The notes beneath the pieces are model-generated. The model saw only the letters and a list, made by a program, of their open reading frames with translations. It ran no database searches and had not been told where the DNA came from. Of a stretch of 64,000 bases of DNA, positions 15,384 to 27,435 are shown piece after piece. Position numbers and translations under genes: made by a program. Each line of letters starts with the position of its first letter. Positions within the stretch are counted from its first letter, which is position 1. This stretch comes from Escherichia coli (GTDB lineage Bacteria > Pseudomonadota > Gammaproteobacteria > Enterobacterales > Enterobacteriaceae), in the NCBI RefSeq assembly GCF_017348835.2, contig NZ_CP071375.1; one strand, 5' to 3'.

Positions 15384-16270
15384 TGGTTCGGTAAAATCCT
15401 CCAGAACGCCTCAATCAGCGGCTCATGCAGCCGCTTTTTCTGCGCACACACGCCCAGTTCAAACGGCGTTTTCTCATCGCTGCGCTCTAAAATCATCACG
15501 CGGTTACGCACCGGTTCTGGGCTGTTTTCCAGCACCACTTCCGGCAACAATGCCACGCCACAGCCGAGCGCCACCATCGATACCATCGCTTCATGCCCGC
15601 CAACCGTGGCGTAAATCATCGGGTTGCTGATTTTATTGCGTCGAAACCACAACTCAATGCGGCGGCGTACTGGCCCCTGATCGGCCATGATAAACGGTAC
15701 CGTTGACCAGTCCGGCTTCTCTACCGAGACCTGATTACGCACCGGGCAGGGCAGCGCGGGCGCAATCAGCACTACCGCCAGATTCTCCAGCATCGAAAAC
15801 GCCACAGCGCCGGGTAGCGTCTCCGGTTTCCCGGCAATCGCCAGATCCGCTTCGCCAGTGACCACCTTTTCCATTGCATCTGCCGCATCACCAGTGGTGA
15901 GTTTAATCTCCACCGACGGGTGTTCCGCGCGGAAGCGATCCAGAATCGGCGGCAGATGGCTGTAGGCAGCAGTCACCGAGCAGAAGATATGTAATTCGCC
16001 AGAGAGCGACGGCCCTTGCTGATCGATGGTGTGGCGCAGCTGCTGATACTGCAACAGCGTTTGCTGGGCGAAAACGCGCAGCTCTTCGCCCGCTTCCGTC
16101 AGCGTTACCGTGCGGTTATCGCGCACAAATAGCGGCTGACCAAGATCTTCTTCCAGGCGCTGAATCTGCCGTGAGAGCGTGGATGGGCTAACGTGCATCG
16201 CCCGCGCGCTGCGGCCAAAATGGCGGCTTTCCGCCAGATGCAGGAAGGTTTTCAGATCGCGTAAATCCAA
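15380..16270 (-). CDS. ilvY: LysR-family regulator IlvY, apparent TTG start
   Basis: LysR HTH ([44 protein letters not shown]); track ORF extends 28 codons upstream but the conserved N-terminus begins at the TTG codon (plus-strand caa at 16268-16270). Confidence 0.8.
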
Positions 16271-16419
16271 TGGCGCAGCCCTCAATGTTGACGTTGCAGA
16301 AATTGCAATGTGACGTTGTGAATATATCAATTTCCGCAATAAATTTCCTGTCATATAGTGAATTCAATCTCGCAAACGCGAACCGAACAATAAGAAGCAC
16401 AACATCACGAGGAATCACC

Positions 16420-17895
16420 ATGGCTAACTACTTCAATACACTGAATCTGCGCCAGCAGCTGGCACAGCTGGGCAAATGTCGCTTTATGGGGCGCGATGAA
16501 TTCGCCGATGGCGCGAGCTACCTTCAGGGTAAAAAAGTAGTCATCGTCGGCTGTGGCGCACAGGGTCTGAACCAGGGCCTGAACATGCGTGATTCTGGTC
16601 TCGATATCTCCTACGCTCTGCGTAAAGAAGCGATTGCCGAGAAGCGCGCGTCCTGGCGTAAAGCGACCGAAAATGGTTTTAAAGTGGGTACTTACGAAGA
16701 ACTGATCCCACAGGCGGATCTGGTGGTTAACCTGACGCCGGACAAGCAGCACTCTGATGTAGTGCGCACCGTACAGCCACTGATGAAAGACGGCGCGGCG
16801 CTGGGTTACTCGCACGGTTTCAACATCGTCGAAGTGGGCGAGCAGATCCGTAAAGATATCACCGTAGTCATGGTTGCGCCGAAATGCCCTGGCACCGAAG
16901 TGCGTGAAGAGTACAAACGTGGATTCGGCGTACCGACGCTGATTGCCGTTCACCCGGAAAACGATCCGAAAGGCGAAGGTATGGCGATCGCTAAAGCATG
17001 GGCGGCAGCAACCGGTGGTCACCGTGCGGGCGTGCTGGAATCGTCCTTCGTTGCGGAAGTGAAATCTGACCTGATGGGCGAGCAAACCATCCTGTGCGGT
17101 ATGTTGCAGGCTGGCTCTCTGCTGTGCTTCGACAAGCTGGTGGAAGAAGGCACCGATCCGGCATATGCGGAAAAACTGATTCAGTTCGGCTGGGAAACCA
17201 TCACCGAAGCGCTGAAACAGGGCGGCATCACCCTGATGATGGACCGTCTCTCTAACCCGGCGAAACTGCGTGCTTACGCGCTCTCTGAACAGCTGAAAGA
17301 GATTATGGCACCGCTGTTCCAGAAACATATGGACGACATCATCTCCGGCGAATTCTCCTCCGGCATGATGGCGGACTGGGCCAACGATGATAAGAAACTG
17401 CTGACCTGGCGTGAAGAGACCGGCAAAACCGCGTTTGAAACCGCGCCGCAGTATGAAGGCAAAATCGGCGAGCAGGAGTACTTCGATAAAGGCGTACTGA
17501 TGATCGCGATGGTGAAAGCGGGCGTTGAGCTGGCATTTGAAACCATGGTTGATTCCGGCATCATCGAAGAATCTGCTTACTATGAATCACTGCACGAACT
17601 GCCGCTGATTGCCAACACCATCGCCCGTAAGCGTCTGTACGAAATGAACGTGGTTATCTCTGATACCGCCGAGTACGGTAACTATCTGTTCTCTTACGCT
17701 TGTGTGCCGTTGCTGAAACCGTTTATGGCAGAGCTGCAACCGGGCGACCTGGGTAAAGCTATTCCGGAAGGCGCGGTAGATAACGCGCAACTGCGTGATG
17801 TGAACGAAGCGATTCGCAGCCATGCGATTGAGCAGGTAGGTAAGAAACTGCGCGGCTATATGACAGATATGAAACGCATTGCTGTTGCGGGTTAA
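16420..17895 (+). CDS. ilvC: Ketol-acid reductoisomerase
   Basis: Start trimmed to [28 protein letters not shown] (491 aa); divergent from ilvY. Confidence 0.92.
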   Translation: MANYFNTLNLRQQLAQLGKCRFMGRDEFADGASYLQGKKVVIVGCGAQGLNQGLNMRDSGLDISYALRKEAIAEKRASWRKATENGFKVGTYEELIPQADLVVNLTPDKQHSDVVRTVQPLMKDGAALGYSHGFNIVEVGEQIRKDITVVMVAPKCPGTEVREEYKRGFGVPTLIAVHPENDPKGEGMAIAKAWAAATGGHRAGVLESSFVAEVKSDLMGEQTILCGMLQAGSLLCFDKLVEEGTDPAYAEKLIQFGWETITEALKQGGITLMMDRLSNPAKLRAYALSEQLKEIMAPLFQKHMDDIISGEFSSGMMADWANDDKKLLTWREETGKTAFETAPQYEGKIGEQEYFDKGVLMIAMVKAGVELAFETMVDSGIIEESAYYESLHELPLIANTIARKRLYEMNVVISDTAEYGNYLFSYACVPLLKPFMAELQPGDLGKAIPEGAVDNAQLRDVNEAIRSHAIEQVGKKLRGYMTDMKRIAVAG

Positions 17896-17911
17896 TAGCG
17901 ATTCAGAGTTC

Positions 17912-17936
17912 AAGGCCTTCTCCTGGAGAAGGCCTT
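17912..17936. terminator. Hairpin between convergent-looking ilvC end and ppiC end
   Basis: aaggccttctcc-tgg-agaaggcctt perfect stem; no clear T-run, so terminator function uncertain. Confidence 0.4.
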
Positions 17937-17940
17937 ACTG

Positions 17941-18246
<306 letters not shown>

Positions 18247-18320
18247 TCAGGCGGCGATTTTAGCATGATCCGCAGATGCTAACGTAATTGTCAGTCAGGG
18301 AGGGGCTGGTACATATATGG

Positions 18321-18342
18321 CAAAAGCCCGGAAAATCCGGGC
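18321..18342 (-). terminator. Putative terminator downstream of the PemK-like ORF
   Basis: Stem gcccgg/ccgggc (18326-18342) with T-run on the minus strand (plus caaaa 18321-18325). Confidence 0.4.
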
Positions 18343-18420
18343 TTCGCAGGTCCCTCAAGGGGAGAAAACTTAGGGCCTCTATGGGCTACAAAGTCATTAT
18401 CAGGGATGGTGATTTTATTG

Positions 18421-18870
18421 TCAATTTATGAGCGATATGGCATTGATTGACTTGATGACCGCCCTCTGTATGTCTGCAACCAACTCATGTGGCAAACATT
18501 GATTAAGATATCCTCTGTAAGTTCTTGCTCTGTTTAATCTGTTTCGACTGACTTGTTGTACCAGGTCGGCTTTGGCCCAACGAATCTGCTGATCAAAGAA
18601 TTGCAGGTCATTGATAATATTACTGGCTATTTCAACATGCATTCCACGATTTAACTTGTCATGGTCGCGAGTGGTTGATAATGGAACGACGATACATGCG
18701 TTGCCATTAATTTTTCCGTTGAGCACGACAACTAACCTGTTTTTTATCATTTCAGGAGGAATGCGGCCATCGTAATACGTGGTGCTGAACGGTCCATTTT
18801 GGCTAACAGGATAGTTACCAAAGTTGCATTCCAGTATTTCACCAACCTTAGGGCTGAAATTAATCGCCAC
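18421..18870 (-). CDS. yifN: PemK/MazF-like toxin-fold protein, 149 aa with GTG start
   Basis: Track ORF 163 aa; strong SD (TAAGGAGAGG) sits 7 nt upstream of an internal GTG, giving MAINFSPKVGEILECNFG...; pattern GEI..V.F, RLVVVL, IVVPLSTT resembles Kid/PemK/MazF; symbol from memory of locus. Confidence 0.5.
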   Translation of the reverse strand: MAINFSPKVGEILECNFGNYPVSQNGPFSTTYYDGRIPPEMIKNRLVVVLNGKINGNACIVVPLSTTRDHDKLNRGMHVEIASNIINDLQFFDQQIRWAKADLVQQVSRNRLNRARTYRGYLNQCLPHELVADIQRAVIKSINAISLIN

Positions 18871-19086
18871 GAGTAAACCTCTCCTTAGTAAACTCTGAAA
18901 AAGTAATAACACAACGTTACGACCCGATATTTCCTAAGTCTAATGGATTCACGATGAACTCCGATTTCGGTTTTCTCTCTCTGATTTAAACATCCGCAGC
19001 CAACCGGTTAGCGGCTTACACGCGGTCACATTCAAATGCGATTCTGCTACAATCCTCCCCCCGTTCGAAGATTGAGCAATACACCT

Positions 19087-21108
19087 ATGCGTCTAAACCC
19101 CGGCCAACAACAAGCTGTCGAATTCGTTACCGGCCCCTGCCTGGTGCTGGCGGGCGCGGGTTCTGGTAAAACTCGTGTTATCACCAATAAAATCGCCCAT
19201 CTGATCCGCGGTTGCGGTTATCAGGCGCGGCACATTGCGGCGGTGACCTTTACTAATAAAGCAGCGCGCGAGATGAAAGAGCGTGTAGGGCAGACGCTGG
19301 GGCGCAAAGAGGCGCGTGGGCTGATGATCTCCACTTTCCATACGTTGGGGCTGGATATCATCAAACGCGAGTATGCGGCGCTTGGGATGAAAGCGAACTT
19401 CTCGTTGTTTGACGATACCGATCAGCTTGCTTTGCTTAAAGAGTTGACCGAGGGGCTGATTGAAGATGACAAAGTTCTCCTGCAACAACTGATTTCGACC
19501 ATCTCTAACTGGAAGAACGATCTCAAAACTCCGGCGCAGGCGGCGGCAGAGGCAAAGGGCGAGCGGGATCGTATTTTTGCCCATTGTTATGGGCTGTATG
19601 ATGCACACCTGAAAGCCTGTAACGTTCTCGACTTCGATGACCTGATTTTATTGCCGACGTTGCTGCTGCAACGCAATGAAGAAGTACGCGAACGCTGGCA
19701 GAACAAAATTCGCTACCTGCTGGTGGATGAGTATCAGGACACCAACACCAGCCAGTATGAACTGGTGAAACTGCTGGTGGGCAGCCGCGCGCGCTTTACC
19801 GTGGTGGGTGACGATGACCAGTCGATCTACTCCTGGCGCGGTGCACGTCCGCAAAACCTGGTGCTGCTGAGTCAGGATTTTCCGGCGCTGAAGGTGATTA
19901 AGCTTGAGCAGAACTATCGCTCTTCCGGGCGTATTCTGAAAGCGGCGAACATCCTGATCGCCAATAACCCGCACGTCTTTGAAAAGCGTCTGTTCTCCGA
20001 ACTGGGTTATGGCGCGGAGCTAAAAGTATTAAGCGCGAATAACGAAGAACATGAGGCTGAGCGCGTTACTGGCGAGCTGATCGCCCATCACTTCGTCAAT
20101 AAAACGCAGTACAAAGATTACGCCATTCTTTATCGCGGTAACCATCAGTCGCGGGTGTTTGAAAAATTCCTGATGCAAAACCGCATCCCGTACAAAATAT
20201 CTGGTGGTACGTCGTTTTTCTCTCGTCCTGAAATCAAGGACTTGCTGGCTTATCTGCGCGTGCTGACTAACCCGGACGATGACAGCGCATTTCTGCGTAT
20301 CGTTAACACGCCGAAGCGAGAGATTGGCCCGGCTACGCTGAAAAAGCTGGGTGAGTGGGCGATGACGCGCAATAAAAGCATGTTTACCGCCAGCTTTGAT
20401 ATGGGCCTGAGTCAGACGCTTAGCGGACGTGGTTATGAAGCATTGACCCGCTTCACTCACTGGTTGGCAGAAATCCAGCGCCTGGCGGAGCGGGAGCCGA
20501 TTGCTGCGGTGCGTGATCTGATCCATGGCATGGATTATGAATCCTGGCTGTACGAAACATCGCCCAGCCCGAAAGCCGCCGAAATGCGCATGAAGAACGT
20601 CAACCAACTGTTTAGCTGGATGACGGAGATGCTGGAAGGCAGCGAACTGGATGAGCCGATGACGCTCACCCAGGTGGTGACGCGCTTTACTTTGCGCGAC
20701 ATGATGGAGCGTGGTGAGAGTGAAGAAGAGCTGGATCAGGTGCAACTGATGACTCTCCACGCGTCGAAAGGGCTGGAGTTTCCTTATGTCTACATGGTCG
20801 GTATGGAAGAAGGGTTTTTGCCGCACCAGAGCAGCATCGATGAAGATAATATCGATGAGGAGCGGCGGCTGGCCTATGTCGGCATTACCCGCGCCCAGAA
20901 GGAATTGACCTTTACGCTGTGTAAAGAACGCCGTCAGTACGGCGAACTGGTGCGCCCGGAGCCGAGCCGCTTTTTGCTGGAGCTGCCGCAGGATGATCTG
21001 ATTTGGGAACAGGAGCGCAAAGTGGTCAGCGCCGAAGAACGGATGCAGAAAGGGCAAAGCCATCTGGCGAATCTGAAAGCGATGATGGCGGCAAAACGAG
21101 GAAAATAA
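19087..21108 (+). CDS. rep: ATP-dependent DNA helicase Rep
   Basis: Start trimmed to [31 protein letters not shown] (673 aa); UvrD/Rep superfamily 1 motifs. Confidence 0.92.
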   Translation: MRLNPGQQQAVEFVTGPCLVLAGAGSGKTRVITNKIAHLIRGCGYQARHIAAVTFTNKAAREMKERVGQTLGRKEARGLMISTFHTLGLDIIKREYAALGMKANFSLFDDTDQLALLKELTEGLIEDDKVLLQQLISTISNWKNDLKTPAQAAAEAKGERDRIFAHCYGLYDAHLKACNVLDFDDLILLPTLLLQRNEEVRERWQNKIRYLLVDEYQDTNTSQYELVKLLVGSRARFTVVGDDDQSIYSWRGARPQNLVLLSQDFPALKVIKLEQNYRSSGRILKAANILIANNPHVFEKRLFSELGYGAELKVLSANNEEHEAERVTGELIAHHFVNKTQYKDYAILYRGNHQSRVFEKFLMQNRIPYKISGGTSFFSRPEIKDLLAYLRVLTNPDDDSAFLRIVNTPKREIGPATLKKLGEWAMTRNKSMFTASFDMGLSQTLSGRGYEALTRFTHWLAEIQRLAEREPIAAVRDLIHGMDYESWLYETSPSPKAAEMRMKNVNQLFSWMTEMLEGSELDEPMTLTQVVTRFTLRDMMERGESEEELDQVQLMTLHASKGLEFPYVYMVGMEEGFLPHQSSIDEDNIDEERRLAYVGITRAQKELTFTLCKERRQYGELVRPEPSRFLLELPQDDLIWEQERKVVSAEERMQKGQSHLANLKAMMAAKRGK

Positions 21109-21112
21109 TCAA

Positions 21113-21147
21113 GGCCGGAAAAGATGCGTCAGCATCGCATCCGGCAC
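21113..21147. repeat. REP-like palindromic element
   Basis: gccggaaaagatgcgtcagcatcgcatccggca; same core as REP copies at 42636-42742. Confidence 0.5.
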
Positions 21148-21154
21148 TTACTCA

Positions 21155-22639
21155 TTAATGCACTTCCAGCGGCCAGTGGACATAGCTCTGCCACTGGCTT
21201 TCCTGAGCAATAATCTCTTTACCCAGCGGATGTTGGGTTAGCCAACCGTGCGGAAGCGTCAAGGTCAACAGTTCATGGTTAGCCTGTAATGTCATCTCTG
21301 GCACGAGATCGTCACGGCGACGGCTGGCAAAAATGATAGCCAGGCGGAGTAAACGGCAGAGTTGTTCTGCGACGCGCGGCGGTACGGCATTTTGCTGATG
21401 CAGCGATGAGAGATCGACCGGATTAGTCTGGTTGAGCAGTAGCGTCGCCAGCAATTTTTTCTGTGCGGGGGTAAAACCGGGAAGATCCAGATTACGCACC
21501 AGATAAGCAGCGTGTTGCGGCGCTTGTTTGAAGTCAACGCTCAGGCCGATTTCATGAAGCTGACAGGCGCTGATGAGCAAATCGCGGCTTATTGCTTCAA
21601 GATGCCATTCGTTTTCCACCTGATCGAAGAAGTTAGCCGCAACTTTGGCTACGCGCTGTGCCTGATCAATATCGATCATAAAGCGGCGTTGAATATTACG
21701 CAGCGTACGGCTGCGAATATCCTGCTCGACGGCCAGATGCAACATGCCGTAGACCAGGCCTTCACGCAGCGCACCGCCCGCCAGGGTCATACACTGAATA
21801 TTCAGTTCGGTAAAAATGGCGATCAGGATCGCCAGACCACTCGGGAACACTAACGCACGTTCCAGCGTCAGCCCGTCAATCTCTAGCTCTTCCAGCCGAC
21901 CGCAATGAATGGCGCGTTGTTTCAGTTGCTGCAACTTTTCCAGGGTAATGCGTTCATCCATCCCCTGTGCCATCATGATTTCCTGTAGCGCCTGCACGGT
22001 GCCGGAAGCGCCAACGCACACTTTCCAGCCGTGATACCGTAATTCATCGGCAACCGGACGTAACACTTCGCGTGCCGCTTTTTCTGCAGCATCAAAATTT
22101 TCCTGCCCCAGATTACGATCGGCAAAATAGCGTTCCAGCCAGGTGACGCAGCCCATCGACAGGCTAAACAACGAGGTGGTTTGTGCACCCGTGCCGGTTA
22201 CCAGTTCAGTACTGGCTCCGCCTATATCCACCACCAGGCGCTGATCGGCACCACCAGTGGTGTGAGCAACGCCCTGATAAATCAGACGTGCTTCCTCTTC
22301 ACCGCTGATCACCTGTACCGGACAACCGAGAATTTCCTGCGCTTTGGCAATAAAATCACCCGCATTGACGGCAAGGCGTAACGTCGCCGTAGCGACAACG
22401 CGAATTTGCGAGGGAGGAATATCTTGCAGACGTTCAGCAAACAGGCGCAAACATTGCCAACCGCGCTCCATTGCTTCATTGGAGAGGGCATTTTCGCTAT
22501 TCAGGCCAGCAGCCAGACGCACTTTGCGTTTTATTCGCGTCAGCGTCTGGATGCTTCCAGCCACCTCGCGCACAACCAGCATATGAAAACTATTCGAACC
22601 GAGATCAATGGCTGCATACAGCGACGAGGTGGAACCCAT
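21155..22639 (-). CDS. gppA: Guanosine pentaphosphate phosphohydrolase / exopolyphosphatase family
   Basis: Start trimmed to [23 protein letters not shown] (494 aa); Ppx/GppA fold. Confidence 0.9.
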   Translation of the reverse strand: MGSTSSLYAAIDLGSNSFHMLVVREVAGSIQTLTRIKRKVRLAAGLNSENALSNEAMERGWQCLRLFAERLQDIPPSQIRVVATATLRLAVNAGDFIAKAQEILGCPVQVISGEEEARLIYQGVAHTTGGADQRLVVDIGGASTELVTGTGAQTTSLFSLSMGCVTWLERYFADRNLGQENFDAAEKAAREVLRPVADELRYHGWKVCVGASGTVQALQEIMMAQGMDERITLEKLQQLKQRAIHCGRLEELEIDGLTLERALVFPSGLAILIAIFTELNIQCMTLAGGALREGLVYGMLHLAVEQDIRSRTLRNIQRRFMIDIDQAQRVAKVAANFFDQVENEWHLEAISRDLLISACQLHEIGLSVDFKQAPQHAAYLVRNLDLPGFTPAQKKLLATLLLNQTNPVDLSSLHQQNAVPPRVAEQLCRLLRLAIIFASRRRDDLVPEMTLQANHELLTLTLPHGWLTQHPLGKEIIAQESQWQSYVHWPLEVH

Positions 22640-22684
22640 ACTCTTCATCCTTCAATCTGTCTCTGTGTTGGCTGCATTCTTTCA

Positions 22685-22716
22685 CCTGAATCACTTACTA
22701 CAGTAAGTGATTCAGG
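22685..22716. repeat. Perfect inverted repeat, 15-bp arms with 2-bp centre
   Basis: cctgaatcacttact-ac-agtaagtgattcagg read directly between rhlB stop and gppA start. Confidence 0.9.
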
Positions 22717-22772
22717 ATTCATTCTCTTGCCATCTTGATACAGTTTGAATGATTTTGAGTATGACATTTTAT

Positions 22773-24038
22773 TTAACCTGAACGACGACGATTACGCGGA
22801 GCGCCAGTACGACGCGGACCATTGCCTGTACGCGGGCGCGTGAGGCGCAGCGGTTTTGGCAGATCGGTCATCAATGCGTCCGGATTGTATTTGCTTACCG
22901 GAATTGAGTGACCAATATAGGTCTCAATAGCAGGCAAATTCAATGCATACTCTTCACACGCTAGGCTAATAGAGTGACCGCTTGCGCCTGCGCGACCTGT
23001 ACGACCAATACGGTGAACGTAATCTTCACAGTCATCGGGTAAATCGTAGTTAAAGACGTGCGTCACTGCCGGAATATGCAAACCACGCGCGGCAACGTCG
23101 GTGGCAACCAGAATATCCAGATCGCCACGGGTAAATTCATCAAGAATACGCAGACGTTTTTTCTGCGCGACATCGCCTGTCAACAAACCGACACGATGAC
23201 CATCTGCCGCCAGGTGGCCCCAGATCTCTTCACAACGGTGTTTGGTATTGGCGAAAATAATCGCTCTGTCTGGCCACTCTTCTTCGATCAGCGTTTGCAG
23301 CAAACGCATTTTTTCTTCGTTAGAAGGGTAGAAAAGTTCTTCTTTAATACGGTGGCCCGTTTTCTGTTCCGGTTCCACTTCAATATATTCGGCATTGTTC
23401 ATCTGCTCGAACGCCAGTTCACGTACCCGGTACGAAAGCGTGGCGGAGAACAGCATGTTGAGGCGCTGGTTTGCAGGCGGCATACGGCGGAACAGCCAGC
23501 GGATATCTTTAATAAAGCCTAGATCGTACATGCGATCGGCTTCGTCCAGTACCACTACCTGAATGGCACCGAGGTTAATGTGGTTCTGCTTGGCGTAGTC
23601 AATTAAACGACCCGTGGTGCCAATCAGAATGTCAACGCCGCTTTCCAGCACTTTCAGCTGTTTGTCGTAGCCATCACCACCGTAAGCCAGACCCAGCTTC
23701 AGGCCGGTAGCTTCCGCCAGCGGTTCTGCGTCGGCATGGATCTGCACGGCAAGTTCACGCGTCGGTGCCATAATTAAGGCACGCGGTTGATTCACCTTGC
23801 GATCGGCAATCGCAGGATGAGAGAGAAGATAATGAAACGTTGACGTAAGAAACGCCATCGTTTTCCCGGTACCGGTTTGCGCCTGCCCGGCTACGTCACG
23901 ACCCGCCAGCGTCAGCGGAAGGGCCAGTGCCTGAATGGGCGTACAGTTATGAAACCCTTTTTTTTCAAGGGCTTCTACAACCTTCGGATGCAGGGCGAAG
24001 TCGGAAAACTTCTGTTCTGTTAAATGTGTTTTGCTCAT
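22773..24038 (-). CDS. rhlB: DEAD-box RNA helicase RhlB
   Basis: 421-aa [39 protein letters not shown]... with DEAD motif. Confidence 0.92.
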
Positions 24039-24168
24039 AGTGTGGTAGAATATCAGCTTACTATTGCTTTACGAAAGCGTATCCGGTGAAATAAAGTCAA
24101 CCTTTAGTTGGTTAATGTTACACCAACAACGAAACCAACACGCCAGGCTTATTCCTGTGGAGTTATAT

Positions 24169-24498
24169 ATGAGCGATAAAATTATTCACCTGACTGACGA
24201 CAGTTTTGACACGGATGTACTCAAAGCGGACGGGGCGATCCTCGTCGATTTCTGGGCAGAGTGGTGCGGTCCGTGCAAAATGATCGCCCCGATTCTGGAT
24301 GAAATCGCTGACGAATATCAGGGCAAACTGACCGTTGCAAAACTGAACATCGATCAAAACCCTGGCACTGCGCCGAAATATGGCATCCGTGGTATCCCGA
24401 CTCTGCTGCTGTTTAAAAACGGTGAAGTGGCGGCAACCAAAGTGGGCGCACTGTCTAAAGGTCAGTTGAAAGAGTTCCTCGACGCTAACCTGGCGTAA
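24169..24498 (+). CDS. trxA: Thioredoxin 1
   Basis: Start trimmed to [41 protein letters not shown] (109 aa), WCGPC active site. Confidence 0.95.
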
Positions 24499-24638
24499 GG
24501 GAATTTCATGTTCGGGTGCCCCGTCGCTAAAAACTGGACGCCCGGCGTGAGTCATGCTAACTTAGTGTTGACTTCGTATTAAACATACCTTATTAAGTTT
24601 GAATCTTGTAATTTCCAACGCTTCCCGTTTTATCTTAA

Positions 24639-24740
24639 ATGCGAAGTGAACAGATTTCTGGCTCGTCACTCAATCCGTCTTGTCGTTTCAGTTCTGCGTA
24701 CTCTCCTGTGACCAGGCAGCGAAAAGACATGAGTCGATGA
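24639..24740 (+). CDS. rhoL: rho operon leader peptide (33 aa)
   Basis: atgcgaagtgaacagatttctggctcg... encodes MRSEQISGSSLNPSCRFSSAYSPVTRQRKDMSR upstream of rho. Confidence 0.75.
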   Translation: MRSEQISGSSLNPSCRFSSAYSPVTRQRKDMSR

Positions 24741-24824
24741 CCGTAAACAGGCATGGATGATCCTGCCATACCATTCACAACATTAAGTTCGAGATTTACC
24801 CCAAGTTTAAGAACTCACACCACT

Positions 24825-26084
24825 ATGAATCTTACCGAATTAAAGAATACGCCGGTTTCTGAGCTGATCACTCTCGGCGAAAATATGGGGCTGGAAAACC
24901 TGGCTCGTATGCGTAAGCAGGACATTATTTTTGCCATCCTGAAGCAGCACGCAAAGAGTGGCGAAGATATCTTTGGTGATGGCGTACTGGAGATATTGCA
25001 GGATGGATTTGGTTTCCTCCGTTCCGCAGACAGCTCCTACCTCGCCGGTCCTGATGACATCTACGTTTCTCCTAGCCAAATCCGCCGTTTCAACCTCCGC
25101 ACTGGTGATACCATCTCTGGTAAGATTCGCCCGCCGAAAGAAGGTGAACGCTATTTTGCGCTGCTGAAAGTTAACGAAGTTAACTTCGACAAACCTGAAA
25201 ACGCCCGCAACAAAATCCTCTTTGAGAACTTAACCCCGCTGCACGCAAACTCTCGTCTGCGTATGGAACGTGGTAACGGTTCTACTGAAGATTTAACCGC
25301 TCGCGTACTGGATCTGGCATCACCTATCGGTCGTGGTCAGCGTGGTCTGATTGTGGCACCGCCGAAAGCCGGTAAAACCATGCTGCTGCAGAACATTGCT
25401 CAGAGCATTGCTTACAACCACCCGGATTGTGTGCTGATGGTTCTGCTGATCGACGAACGTCCGGAAGAAGTAACCGAGATGCAGCGACTGGTAAAAGGTG
25501 AAGTTGTTGCTTCTACCTTTGACGAACCCGCATCTCGCCACGTTCAGGTTGCGGAAATGGTGATCGAGAAGGCCAAACGCCTGGTTGAGCACAAGAAAGA
25601 CGTTATCATTCTGCTCGACTCCATCACTCGTCTGGCGCGCGCTTACAACACTGTTGTTCCGGCGTCAGGTAAAGTGTTGACCGGTGGTGTGGACGCCAAT
25701 GCCCTTCATCGTCCGAAACGCTTCTTTGGTGCGGCGCGTAACGTGGAAGAGGGCGGCAGCCTGACCATTATCGCGACGGCGCTTATCGATACCGGTTCTA
25801 AAATGGACGAAGTTATTTACGAAGAGTTTAAAGGTACAGGCAACATGGAACTGCACCTCTCTCGTAAGATCGCTGAAAAACGCGTCTTCCCGGCTATCGA
25901 CTACAACCGTTCCGGTACCCGTAAAGAAGAGCTGCTCACGACTCAGGAAGAACTGCAGAAAATGTGGATCCTGCGCAAAATCATTCACCCGATGGGCGAA
26001 ATCGATGCAATGGAATTCCTCATTAATAAACTGGCAATGACCAAGACCAATGACGATTTCTTCGAAATGATGAAACGCTCATAA
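24825..26084 (+). CDS. rho: Transcription termination factor Rho
   Basis: Start trimmed to [41 protein letters not shown] (419 aa). Confidence 0.95.
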
Positions 26085-26101
26085 ATTTGTCTTATGCCAA
26101 A

Positions 26102-26134
26102 AACGCCACGTGTTTACGTGGCGTTTTGCTTTTA
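26102..26134 (+). terminator. Rho-independent terminator after rho
   Basis: aacgccacgt-gttt-acgtggcgtt hairpin followed by T-rich tract. Confidence 0.6.
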
Positions 26135-26323
26135 TATCTGTAATCTTAATGCCGCGCTGGCGATGTTAGGAAAATTCCTGGAATTTGCTGGCATGTTATG
26201 CAATTTGCATATCAAATGGTTAATTTTTGCACAGGACAGGTGGGTTCGGAACGGACTTTCCCTTCTGAATAAAGGTCTTCGTGGTTATACTTCTGCTAAT
26301 AATTTTCTCTGAGAGCATGCATT

Positions 26324-27427
26324 GTGAATTTACTGACAGTGAGTACTGATCTCATCAGTATTTTTTTATTCACGACACTGTTTCTGTTTTTTGCCCGTAA
26401 GGTGGCAAAAAAAGTCGGTTTAGTGGATAAACCAAACTTCCGCAAACGTCACCAGGGATTGATACCTCTCGTTGGGGGGATTTCGGTTTACGCAGGGATT
26501 TGCTTCACGTTCGGAATTGTCGATTACTATATTCCGCATGCATCTCTCTATCTCGCTTGTGCCGGTGTGCTTGTTTTCATTGGCGCGCTGGATGATCGTT
26601 TTGATATCAGCGTAAAAATCCGTGCCACCATACAGGCCGCTGTTGGCATTATTATGATGGTGTTCGGCAAACTTTATCTCAGTAGCCTGGGTTATATCTT
26701 TGGCTCCTGGGAGATGGTGCTCGGACCGTTTGGTTACTTCCTGACGCTATTTGCCGTCTGGGCGGCCATTAATGCGTTCAACATGGTTGATGGCATTGAT
26801 GGCTTGCTGGGCGGGTTGTCCTGCGTCTCGTTTGCAGCAATCGGTATGATTTTGTGGTTCGACGGGCAAACCAGCCTCGCAATCTGGTGCTTTGCGATGA
26901 TCGCCGCCATCCTGCCATACATCATGCTTAACCTTGGTATCCTGGGTCGCCGCTACAAAGTCTTTATGGGTGATGCGGGCAGTACGCTGATTGGTTTTAC
27001 CGTGATCTGGATCCTGCTCGAAACGACCCAGGGCAAAACCCATCCCATCAGCCCGGTTACCGCTTTGTGGATAATCGCCATTCCGCTAATGGATATGGTG
27101 GCGATTATGTACCGTCGCCTGCGTAAAGGCATGAGCCCATTCTCTCCTGACCGGCAGCATATTCACCATTTGATCATGCGTGCCGGGTTTACTTCCCGCC
27201 AGGCGTTTGTGCTGATTACCCTTGCCGCAGCACTGCTCGCTTCCATTGGCGTGCTGGCAGAATATTCTCATTTTGTCCCGGAGTGGGTCATGCTGGTGCT
27301 CTTTTTGCTAGCATTCTTCCTCTATGGATATTGCATTAAGCGTGCCTGGAAAGTTGCTCGCTTTATTAAGCGCGTAAAACGCAGACTGCGTAGAAATCGT
27401 GGTGGCAGCCCCAATTTAACCAAATAA
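26324..27427 (+). CDS. wecA: UDP-GlcNAc:undecaprenyl-phosphate GlcNAc-1-phosphate transferase
   Basis: 367-aa polytopic membrane ORF; first gene of ECA cluster. Confidence 0.9.
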   Translation: MNLLTVSTDLISIFLFTTLFLFFARKVAKKVGLVDKPNFRKRHQGLIPLVGGISVYAGICFTFGIVDYYIPHASLYLACAGVLVFIGALDDRFDISVKIRATIQAAVGIIMMVFGKLYLSSLGYIFGSWEMVLGPFGYFLTLFAVWAAINAFNMVDGIDGLLGGLSCVSFAAIGMILWFDGQTSLAIWCFAMIAAILPYIMLNLGILGRRYKVFMGDAGSTLIGFTVIWILLETTQGKTHPISPVTALWIIAIPLMDMVAIMYRRLRKGMSPFSPDRQHIHHLIMRAGFTSRQAFVLITLAAALLASIGVLAEYSHFVPEWVMLVLFLLAFFLYGYCIKRAWKVARFIKRVKRRLRRNRGGSPNLTK

Positions 27428-27435
27428 ATGAGGAT

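Noticed and set aside
15380-16354. Extended 324-aa version of ilvY and long N-terminal extensions of ilvC, rep, rho, trxA, uvrD, comM, hemC, aslB and corA given by the ORF track
   Set aside because: The track reports the longest frame; conserved N-termini and SD positions indicate the shorter starts used in the feature list.
16405-17328. 307-aa antisense ORF inside ilvC, and similar long antisense ORFs inside rep (20029-21063) and the wec genes
   Set aside because: They are fully embedded opposite well-supported conserved genes, with odd amino-acid composition and no SD context.
26094-26312. 72-aa ORF in the rho-wecA intergenic region
   Set aside because: It overlaps the rho terminator and the wecA promoter region, has no SD and a low-complexity sequence; likely non-coding.
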